From contig OZ176054.1 of assembly GCA_964247055.1 (NCBI GenBank), positions 12,772,001 through 12,836,000 on the forward strand: a stretch of DNA of 64,000 nt. The letters are read 5' to 3'. Numbering within the stretch: the stretch's first letter is position 1; the number at the start of each line of letters is the position of its first letter. Of this stretch, positions 37,728 through 48,796 are shown in pieces. The position numbers and the translations under genes were made by a program. The notes under the pieces are model-generated. The model was not told the DNA's origin. It did no database searches and saw nothing but the letters and a program-made list of their open reading frames with translations. The DNA comes from Paragordius varius (taxonomy: Eukaryota > Animalia > Nematomorpha).

Positions 37728-39462
37728 AAAAAAATTGCATAAAAAACGCAGCAACATTATACTAATAAAAATAGTAAGAAATCGTATTTATCTAATAATT
37801 TGCACATTATTAATTTTTGAGTAATATTGTTTATTGGCGAATAAAAAAATAATTTTTTACCGCGATTAGCAACATCATTCAAAATATCGTCCGCCAACGA
37901 TGGTTCACTGTGACTCCGATTCAGATTAGTTAGAGTAGCAAAATTCGATGTCAACATTTTACCTTTCCCACTTGTCTGCAAAAAATTAGAAAGGAATAAT
38001 TGTTAGATTCAAGAAAAAGCAAAACTTTAAAGAATGCTAACCTGAAGAGATTTAAGCTTTTTATGGTACCGATGAGAATGGTTGATGCCTTCCTCATCAT
38101 TGTCGTTGTTATTATCGGAAAAGGAATAATCATTTCCCGTTCCTCGTGGATCATCCTCCTCAGAAACTCGCTTTCCAGCTGACTTAGTCACGTGCACACT
38201 GGGAGTTGTCATGGCAACGGCGGTATTCGTCTGCTGCTGGACATAAACTTTTTCCGTTCTAGTGTAGTCCTGAATGTGTTCTTGCTCATGTATTAAGCCA
38301 CCATACTGTGTCCTACAATATAAGAATTCAATGTTTAACATTGATAACACAATGAAAAAAATTTATTTATTTATATATTCTTAAACTTACCTAGGTTTGA
38401 TAATTATAAACATTTATAACCGCGACTGTAACTGCTTTCAAAAATAGCCATTTTAAAAAGAATGAACATACCTTAAAACTTAAAATATTAAATTAATGGT
38501 AAAATTTTTGCGTAAAAAATTTTATATTTTTGCTCCAATACTATATATTTAGATATTAAAACTATTCCAATGAATTAATTAATATTGTTTTTACAACTTT
38601 AATAATAAGTTATTTAAACGGTTAAAAAGGATAGAGCCCCTAAAATGTATAATTAGTTGTTTAATAAATGTTACTTTTGTTGATGGGGTTCGTCTTGAAT
38701 ACTGTGGACATCGGAAAATGAATCCTCAGTTTCATCGTATTTAAAGGGGGCAAGGAGAGATGCCGACTTCCGTTCAAGTCTAAAAATCGATTAATAATTA
38801 TAAAGAACTGATTATATTTATAGGCTCTTTTTTTATAGCCTATATGATTGGGATTGTTAAATATTGGATTAATGAACTCACAAAATGACAACTTAACTCT
38901 TATTAGCTATTAGATAAAAATTAGCATTTAAATATAGTTGACTTCGGCCTTATATGTTTTAAGAGTTTTATAACACTTTACGATAAAAATATGGTATATT
39001 TTACTTTTTAGTGGAGTTATAAGTAGGTAAACCATTAGGAATGTCCAAGAATGATAGTTTAGCTTTTTGAGCTTCATTAAGGACCGAATGATCAAACAAA
39101 ACTTCTTTTATCATTAATATTTGATTTTCCTAAAAAATATAAGTCAACAAATATACCAATAATTTATTATTTTTTTCAAGTAAAGCATTTTTATCTAATT
39201 CATCTTCCAACATTTGTCTGACATTGTTTAATCTAGAAGATAGTGATGATATTTCAGATTTTGTTTGGTTATTCGCATTTTCCAAATCCCGAATTGTTTC
39301 CTCGCAATGTTCAAATTTTTTCATTTCTTCTTTAAATTTCCTAATCAACTTACTGCAATCTATAATTAAGAATAAATTGATGGATTTACATTGTAATATT
39401 TCTACTGGATTAAGGGCTTCCAGTTGCATATGTAACAATTGAAGTTTGTCTTTCAACGACAT
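32514..39462 (-). CDS. RACGAP1: Rac GTPase-activating protein 1 (CYK-4/MgcRacGAP, centralspindlin subunit), ~663 aa, 16 exons
   Basis: Exons 39390-39462, 39157-39359, 39005-39129, 38675-38779, 38042-38312, 37861-37975, 37310-37417, 36423-36649, 35983-36119, 35402-35465, 34724-34835, 34131-34242, 33366-33498, 32911-33031, 32646-32673 and 32514-32571. All junctions are GT-AG and phase-compatible (1992 nt). The protein has an N-terminal coiled coil, a C1 domain (H..CTPCGKRLRFG..LKCKECK..CH.DC....PC), a RhoGAP domain (GLYRVPG, LKDFLRSLTEPL, NRDTLSFLMIHL, NKM..LA.IFAP) and a C-terminal FFTSP. Confidence 0.93.
37684..37724. repeat. (TA)n microsatellite (others near 22365, 27257, 36298, 48647, 56150 and 63220)
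   Basis: Directly visible dinucleotide run. Confidence 0.9.
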
Positions 39463-39537
39463 TCTATTTACTAATTTGACGGTTAAATTCAAAATTTCAA
39501 ATTAGTGCATGAATGGGTTTGTAACAAAATATAAACA

Positions 39538-39917
39538 ATGCTTTATTGCTACCTACTTTTATGGATAACTAAGGTTTTTACCTTAATAATTATAGTTGGC
39601 ATCGTATACCGGAACATCAACTTTTGAATCTGATTATGAAAATAATCAGTTTTTGAAACATGGCCAACCTTATCGATATATATCAGGAACCATGCATTAC
39701 TTTATAGTTCCTGCTGAGTATTAGCAAGATCACCTTCAAAAGCTCAAATAATTGGGTTTGGATGCTGTTCAAACGTATGCTCTAGATATGTAGCTTGGAA
39801 CTTTCACGAAACAGCCAAAGGAGTTTATTTTTCTAGCGACGCGATTTATTCAAATTTTTATCGCTTGCCAATTGTACTAATCTCGATGTCATACTTAGAC
39901 TTGGTCCATACATTGAT
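39538..39917 (+). pseudogene. GLB1: GH35 beta-galactosidase (GLB1-like) pseudogene, 5' half
   Basis: [50 protein letters not shown]...VILRLGPYID aligns by eye to the GLB1 N-terminus. It carries stops and ends abruptly at 39917. Confidence 0.85.
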
Positions 39918-40255
39918 CAAAGGCAATATTTTTTAGACCGCTATACGTCCTGCTATACTATTTGGTACGACAACATGGCCTATGACTAAATAAAATCTAC
40001 TATCACTGCAAACGGGTGAGCAAAAAATCCTAAACGCCATTTTTTCTCACATAACCTTAACATTTACAATTTCCAAGCCAAATTTTGCCCCGATCCTAAA
40101 ACCAATTAAAACAGCTATCCGTGAATACCGTTTGTGTTGGGCTCATCCACAGAGCTCAAGATACAAACTGAATAAAGCTTATGCAGTCTTATTCAACTAA
40201 TAATAAAAACAAAAAAGGTAGACCTTATAAAACCTGGCAATCCACTATTCATAGA
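39918..40255 (+). mobile_element. Decayed RTE-clade LINE, 3' piece
   Basis: KGNIF*TAIRPAILFGTTTWPMTK...APIL..I..AIREYRLCW...KKGRPYKTWQ, the part of the RTE ORF that normally follows the motif ending at 30795. Confidence 0.75.
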
Positions 40256-41531
40256 TTTTCTCAATATTAAAATCGAACAAGCAGCAGACAGAAAGGAATG
40301 GAGAACTGTAACACGCTTACCTGCTTCAAAAGAGATAATAGGATATAAAGGTGAAAAAAGGCTGAGACCCTTTTAAGCTTGCAATAATTTAATTTAGTCA
40401 TTTCATTTATTACACAAACCGTAATTAGAAAAACGCTTTTAAATATAGAGCGATTCTTTTTGATCAAGAAAACTGACGATTTTGTCATTTATTTTTGATA
40501 CATACCGGGGGTTCGGTTAAACTCATTGAATTAAAACCATTTTATGAATTTTCTATGCTTATATATATATATATATCTATTTTATACTTTGGAGCTTAAA
40601 ACAATGAATTATATTAAAGAAAAATCAAGAAAGAATGGTTGTCTTTTAAAAAAAGATATTTATCTTTATATTTTAACATTTTGTCCGCATAATTTCAATA
40701 TTTACTGTATTAACACACTTATAAAAAAGACAGAACTTCTGGTATGGGCTTTCATCTTTTTAAATGAAATTATTAACATAATTAATAAATTAAGGTCGAA
40801 AATGGTGGATTGAGTTAAAATTATAATTACCATTTTTCTTACTACAAATGTTTTGAGGGAGAATATTAATAGTGCAAAGTAATTTAAATCGTTCATTGTT
40901 ATCGGGTAAATTTTAATAATAAAGCGAGATTTCTTAAGTTTTAATGGTAAAGTATACGAGTTTTAGGGTATCAATTATGAAATATTAATTCCTGTAATAA
41001 GTGAGAGAGTTGACACCAATATATATAAAAGTATTGAATAGAATTTAAGTGTGTAAATATGTATTATAAAACGTATTGTGAAAGCTATTTTTTGTAAATT
41101 AGGCTTTGGTTTAAGTTAAAAAAGTTTAATGGAATAGAATTGGTTTTATATCACTAGTCCTTATTTTATAGGGCAAGTGAAAGGTTAAATTAAACTAAAT
41201 TTTAAAAATATGGTTGTGTTTATATAAAAATGTCTTTTACTTTTTTAAGTTCTGTCGTTATAATTTCAATTATAATATATTTTTCAATTTGATGTTTGCT
41301 GAGTGATAAAAAATAAAAATAATTGTCAGTTTAAATAAATTTGTAAAATACAAAGCAGGATAAATTAGGAATGTCATGATGTTAAATTTAATTAATAATG
41401 TGTTAAATGAACCTTAAAATATTTTTTTATATATATTTTAATTTATAAATAATCTTAAAATACCTTTATTTTTTGAATTTAAATTTGTTAAAATAAATTA
41501 TTCTGAAAAAAAACGCATATAAAAATATATT

Positions 41532-44500
41532 ATGTTGTTAACACACCAAAAAAATCAATTAATATCTATATGGATTACCTTAATTTTCATAATTATAATT
41601 TTGATAATATTCACAGACAAGTATTTATCAGTAAAATATATGGTCTCATGGCAAACGTATCGATATATCTTACAACTTTGCAATAATGTATCAACTCCAA
41701 AAATATTTTTACCCCTAAATCATAAACCACAACAAAATGTTATTGATGTTAAAAACATGACTCTTAAAAATTATTTTAGGCAGGATATAAGGGTAATAAC
41801 ATCCCTTTTTTAAGATTTGAAAAAACAGTAATAGTTTTATCGAAAATGATATTAATCTTCCCTACTGTAAAATTCCTAAATTAATTGATCCCGCTACAAA
41901 AACTAATCGTTCAAAAGGGGATTCGGAATATGCTGGAAAAACGAATCTTAAACCATTTACCAATGTGAAAAACGGTGTTTTGAAGATAAATAAATACCAA
42001 TTGGAGAAATACTATTTGAAAAACATTTCCATAACCCCAAATATTATGTCAAATCCAATTTGCACATAGGGAAAATTGAAAGAGATATGACAACTCAACA
42101 ACCTGATAAAATGATTAGGTTTGTTTTAAGAGGTTCAATGATAATACACTCGAATATTAAAATCCTGGATGAATTTATACTAGTCCGTTGTTTTAAGAAT
42201 GAAAATGCTCGAATTAAAGCAGTTAACCCTTATTACAGCCATATGCATTTTAATGATATCTATACGAAGAGCTCAGCGGACACTAAAGATAGACCAGTTA
42301 TCGCCGAAGGTAATATAATTTTTTTTTGGAAAATATGGTTATATTTTACTCTAAAAATTGAATTAAAATATATTATGATCATCTTTCTTTATAAATTATT
42401 TGAAAATAAAATATTTTATTGATTGTGTTACCAATTTCTTACTTTGCTCTTTGATATAATAAATTATGTTTAAAAAAGTACAACGGTCCTTTTAAAATCC
42501 TTATATTTTATTTTATCCGTATAATTTAAATTTCTACTGCAAATATCTGATAGGATTTTATTTTCCTTTTAAGTAGCCAAATACAGTAAAAATTGAAATT
42601 ATACGGACAAAACGTAAAAATATAAGGGCAAATATTTTTTACCAAATGACAACCATACTTTTTCAAACCTAACTTCTCACTTCTCAATATTAAATAAAGA
42701 GTTATATTCAAAAAAATGAAGATTTAAAAAGTATGGTTCTCTTTTGGAAAAAATATTTGTCTTTATATTTTCACGTTTTGTCCGTATAATTTCAATTTTT
42801 AGTGTAAATCAACGAACATCCAATAAATTTATTTCGGTAGATTCTGTCGTTCTCAAAATCCAGCCGCCAAACATACTAATGTTAGGTGTTGATTCTCTCT
42901 CCAAATGTCATTATATATCACACATGAAAGTAATGCAAACATTTTTCTACAGGAATGCTCTCATTCTCCCGAACACATTATACCTTTTTATTTATTGGTA
43001 ACGTTAAAATTGGTGATAACACTTTCCCCAATTTATATCCACTGTTAACAGGGAAGCCAATATCATCAGAATCAATGAAACAGCATATTGCTTTTAGGGA
43101 CAATTTTTTTGATCCACGACACTTTATATGGAAAAATTATGAATCCGAATTCAAATATCTGACAATGTACATTGAGGATAGTTCTGAATTGGGTACATTC
43201 ACTTATCATAAACAAGGATTTTACAAAACACCAACACATTACTATTTTAGACCATTGGCCATTGCACTCCGCAAATCGAGAAAATCAAGTAATCCAAGTT
43301 TACTTATTTTAGTTGTATTACTTTTCTTTTCTTGATCAGAGTAATATTTTCTATCTCGGTTCCTTAATAAGTTTTATTAAATAAACTTCCAATAAGATGG
43401 GGCACATTAGTTTATAGGGATATAGTACAATAAAAAATTATATAATCTTAAATTATATCCCATTCCCCTGAAAATAAATATTTTTTCCTAAAATTAATAT
43501 TATATAATTCCCAGAAAAACGATATAAAATGTTTGATTAAATGCTCTAGATTCCACGCCTTGCATTTCACATTTGTCTGAAGTCAAGCTCATGTTTAAAT
43601 ATACCTTATCGAGAATAAGAAACGCTTTACGAGATAATCCGTATTTTGCATTTGTTTTTACGAGCCGCTTAACCCACAATGCCCCCTATGAATTTGATCA
43701 AATAGAAAACCTTATCCATAATATGCTGTCGCGTATGCAGAAAAGGGGCGATCTCAAAAATACCATTGTAATTTTGTTTGGGGACCATGGTATAAGACAC
43801 GGGGCAAATAGAAACAGTTTTACGGGTAAGCGATTCAAAAGTTTATGACAGCAAATAAAATTATTTATCCAATATTTATATCATTTAATTTTACAAGTTT
43901 AACTATTACAGCATTTTATCAATTTCAATTTGAAATTAATATATTATAATCTATATATTTATAAAAATGGAAAATGCTGGCTTTGTGATCTGGTACAGGA
44001 AAACCGGTAGACCCAATCAAATCCAAACATCGAAAAAATATAATCATTAATAAATGTCCCGACAATAGCTTCGCCCTTTTTTTGAAATAGGCCCCCAGTT
44101 CGGGCCCACCCCGTATGAAAAACGGGTTTTTTTTTGAATACAGAAGTCCACAAAATCGTGTTTTTGAGACAATTTTCCGGAGAACGTGTTGGACCATTCA
44201 ATTTCAAATATAATTTTTGTTTATTTATTTTCGATTGCGCCGAACATAGTCGAGCCACTTTTTTGATTTAGGCCCTCTTTTTACCCGCTCCCCCCGTAAA
44301 ATGCCATTTTTTTCAAAAAACAAAGTCCACAAAAATAATTTTCTAAATCGATTTTTCGCCCTAGGTATGAGACCGTAAAAATTCAATAAAGATTCCACGT
44401 ATTCCCTGTTAAAAGGCAAAAATTTTAGTCAAGCGTTTCTTTGATGATAGCTGCTGAGTAAGGAGTATCTATCATATGTATAGCATGTTAAAAGATATAT

Positions 44501-46950
44501 GGATATTAATACATTATTTATCCTCATCTATATATTTATAAAAATGGAAAATGCTGGCTTTGTGATCTGGTACAGGAAAACCGGTAGACCCAATCAAATC
44601 CAAATATCGAAAAAATATAATCATTAATAAATGTCTCGACAATAGCTTCGCCCTTTTTTTGAAATAGGCCCCCAGTTCGGGCCCACCCCGTATGAAAAAC
44701 GGGTTTTTTTTGAAAACAGAAGTCCACAAAATCGTGTTTTTGAGACAATTTTCCGGAGACGTGTTGGACCATTCAATTTCAAATATAATTTTTGTTTACT
44801 TATTTTCGATTGCGCCGAACATAGCCGAGCCACTTTTTTGATTTAGGCCCTCTTTTTACCCGCTCCCCCCGTAAAATGCCATTTTTTTCAAAAAACAAAG
44901 TCCACAAAAATAATTTTCTAAATCGATTTTTCGCCCTAGGTATGAGACCGTAAAAATTCAATAAAGATTCCACGTATTCCCTGTTAAAAGGCAAAAATTT
45001 TAGTCAAGCGTTTCTTTGATGATAGCTGCTGAGTAAAGAGTATCTATCATATGTATAGCATGTTAAAAGATATATGGATATTAAAACATTATTTATGGTA
45101 ATCTATATATTTATAAAAATGGAAAATGCTGGCTTTGTGATCTACAGGAAAAACGGTAGACCCATTCAAATCCAAATTTCGACCCCCCCCCCCCCCCCAG
45201 AAGTCCGAAGGACTTCCTCGGGCTGCGTAGCAGCACGAGATTCACGCTAGTTTATAATAAAAACTTTAAAAAACTGGAGGAAACATTTTAATTTTAAACA
45301 TACTTTCTTTACATTTAGATGCCGTAGATATCTTAAATCAAAATTAATCTTAAGGCTAATTTTTTAACGATTATAACAATTGTAATCATGGTGATATAAA
45401 TTTGGCAATCAAGGAAAGGTGTTATTTAAAATATGATAAATATCTATTAAAGCTTTTTAAACCAATCACATAAATTAACATATATTTAATTTAATCGCGT
45501 TAACCCGGTTTTTTGCGTTAATCCAAAAAAGAGCGTACCATTACATCAAAAGTCTTATTAGAGGTCACATTAAATTAAACAAGCTATTGTTTTGTAGATT
45601 ACTTTTAACTAAACATATTAAATTAATGCCGTATTTTGCGATTTTTTCGATTTGGCAGATTATATAAAGACAATTTTTTATCGAAGACCGCTATAATAAT
45701 ACTATCGAATCTAATTACCTTATTAATTAGTCCAAACCTTATGCCAATTTTCCTCTCACGGTTTAAGTTTTTTGGTCAAGAGTAAAAATTAAAATTATAA
45801 AGCCAAAACATAAAAAGAAAAATACAAATATCCATCAACTTAAGCCGTGAAAGGCTCGGTAGTGCGATTATTTTTTAAACAATTTGCATAATGTGGTAGG
45901 GGTAATTAAAAGCAACCGCTTTCTTATCTTTCACAGCAGTTATAATTATATCGTTTTATAGCGGATCCAAAAACGGTTTATATGGTTTATACATTAAAAT
46001 TAATATGCTAACTTTAAAAACTTGAAATATTTTGTTATGACCGTAATTCTTATGGCCAATATTGAGAGAATTAAGGAATAAAAAATATTTATGTTAAACA
46101 TAAAATTACATCTTGGGATGTGTCTTTTCATCATAAATAGTAAATACATAATTTTTGTTGGTGTAATAAATTTTGACATATACAATAAAGGTATGATGGC
46201 TGATAGATTACCCTTGTTACACATCTCTATTCCAAAAACAGTCTTGCAGTTCCTGTCTCTCCAAGATAAAAACGTTGAAAAAAATCTGCTTTGGAATACC
46301 AAAAATCTCGTAACTCCTCTAAATTTACATGCTACTCTCCAAGATTTAATGGAACAGATAAAAAATAATAGTCAACTTTCTAACCTCAACAAAACAAAAG
46401 TTGTTATAAATGATAATTCTAAACGGCATCAGAGTTTATTCAATTTCATTTCTAATAATGTCAAGTGTGAAGATGTGGGAATCAGATCTGCATTTTGTCC
46501 ATGTAACATTGTCCCTAGCCGGATAGATATAAATCATACGATATATCAGGTTAGTGCTCAACGAGTAATTTAAGCTCTGAATTTCATGTTGGAATCAACG
46601 AAAGAAACAAAATATAAATGTCATGAACTAAGGTTAAAAACTATATCATCCGCATATATATTGGCCAAAACTGCTAAAATACTACCAGATTTTTCAAACG
46701 ATACTAAAATTGAAGATTTGATTATTGAAAGCAAAATTACCAGTGGCGATAAAATGGTGAATATGCGTAAAAAATCATTACTTTCCAATTTATGTTCGAT
46801 TCATAAAAACATTGCCAGGAAAAGCGCTTTTTGAGGCAACTTTAGGCTGGAATGAAACGACACACGCCTTCACCCAATTGGACAAAGAAATTGAACGCAT
46901 CAACACTTAGCACCAAACTGATTGTATCAAACATGATATATTGCGAAAAT
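41532..46950 (+). pseudogene. DUF229-family (alkaline phosphatase/sulfatase-like, type II membrane) gene, probably pseudogenised
   Basis: N-terminal TM segment, then YCKIPKLID, PPNILMLGVDSLS, KIGDNTFPNL..LLTG, YIEDS..GTFTY..GF...PTHYYFRP, LTHN, TIVILFGDHGIR, DRLP, LVTPLNLHATL, PGKALFEAT and LRKYCFC*. A frameshift lies near 42985 and another near 46770. In-frame TAA at about 46570 and TAG at about 46905. Confidence 0.8.
43950..45250 (+). mobile_element. Non-autonomous Helitron as a head-to-tail array (two ~576-bp units plus a terminal unit) inside a DUF229 intron
   Basis: 5' TCTATATATTTATAAAAATGG at 43950, 44527 and 45102. 3' hairpins GAAGTCC-GAA-GGACTTC (45200-45216) and GCTGC-GTA-GCAGC, then CTAG at 45247-45250. 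Inserted between A and T with no TSD. Confidence 0.85.
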
Positions 46951-48796
46951 ATTGTTTTTGCATTAAATGATGATGTTATGAATTTTGTTTTTTTACTTTT
47001 GTTTGATTCCCTATGAAGAGTAGATATTTGTTTAAATATTGATATAAAATGGGCTAGTATTATTCATGCAGTCAACTGTTGAATACACACCTAATTTATT
47101 AACCAAATTCAGACACTATTCAATTTTTGAACAAATAAAGTTAAGAATGTAAAAAGGGACAAATTTATAAAGTTGAGTTTATGTTATGCCATATTATAAA
47201 ATTATGGATTTTCGCTAGGAAAGAAACATATTACACGCGTGATTCCGCATCTCAAATAAAATAAATTCCATATTTTTTAATACTGACTGATGTTGTATAT
47301 TATATAAATTAACAATCGAGTATCGCCAAATTTTTTGTCATTTTTATATAAAGATAAACACCCTCAAGATGGAAATAGGCCCTGCTTATCAATAAAAAAT
47401 GAGTGTTAAATTTTCGGATATTTATTAAATAATATTGAGTAAGGTTAAAATTTAGTGAATAAATAATTATTAAATATACCATATCTACTTCATTTATAAT
47501 TAAATTTTCATACCGCCACCTTATTTTATTTTTTTTCCTTTTGTTTCTAAATAAGCCAAATTATGTTCTTTTATAACATGGATATGCCTAAGAATTAATC
47601 CTCTTATTCATATACAAACTCATTTCTTAAAAATCCAATTTAAATTGTTCTTTCAAAATAATAAATTCCTTATGAGATCAGAAAAGTTCATATTATTTTT
47701 TACATAATCTAACAATGTAAAAAAATAAATAGATGGCCTAAAGTCATTTTGATATACAACCAAGTTTTTAGCATTTTTTGAACGCCGAGATCTTTTAATA
47801 TTTTTGACTCACAATTTCATACGATATATATATATTTTATTTTTACTGAACATAATTTGAATTCTATTTTAAGCCAGATTTATAAATATCTTAACGGTGT
47901 TGATTTTTAGCTGCATTCTGGGCAGGATTCATAATTAATTTTCAACCCTAAGATTGTAAAAAGCAAACATAATATATTTTTTCGTTCTCGCTATTTAGAT
48001 AGACTTATTTAGAAAAAATGTCAAGGTAATGCCAATTTTACCAAGATTTTGTGAGTCTATTTTGCAAATTATGGATAATTTTCAGCGGTCCGAGTATATA
48101 AAGTCTGGAATTACGGATGTAGGACACCCCTGAAAGGATTTTAATGCGCTTTTTGTGGGTATTTTTTTAAAAAATAATAAAATATTTTATTCCAATCATA
48201 AACTGGCTCATTTAAGATCTCTTTAACATTGTTATATTAATATAATGAGTATATAAAGAAAGAATAGAATATAAAATAAAATTAAAACTAAATAATTAAG
48301 AAATTGACACCTATTTACCTATTTTTACATGTTGCACAAAAATAAAGAATTGAAATATTACCGGAAATCCTGAAAGAGGCAAGGCACGCTTTAAAAGCTT
48401 TTTTAAATATCATTTCTAATTGTTTTACTTTTAATCAATTAATAAAAATTAATTTTATGTAAATATTTTTATTTAAAATTACAAAAAACTAAAATGATTT
48501 TATATATATAGTTATTTCTTAATTTGTTATTATATCGCAATGTATATAAAATCATTATTTGTTTAGTATTAAATTCAATAAGTGTCGAATGATTTTTAAA
48601 TAAATTAAAAATTAATAAAAAATAATATTAATTAATATAAATACATATATATATATATATATATAAATAATTGTATGAAATATGATATTGAAATAAAAGT
48701 TGACAAATTATTTAAAAGTTATGAACTTGATTCATTAAATAAAATATATGATATTTAAGTAATTAGAATTTTATATAGCAGCCCTCTTCTAATTAA

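Noticed and set aside
38390-38445. Extra RacGAP1 exon ending at AG|GTAAG
   Set aside because: It contains an in-frame stop, and the flanking exons (38675 and 38312) already join in phase.
39574-39595. 22-nt (and 11-nt, 39775-39785) GT-AG segments in the GLB1 5' half as further micro-introns
   Set aside because: They lie in a decayed pseudogene where frameshift or deletion explains them equally well, so they were not counted as evidence.
43925-44994. Duplicated short ORFs on the minus strand (e.g. 44225-44419 and 44800-44994)
   Set aside because: They are by-products of the tandem Helitron units and show no protein motifs.
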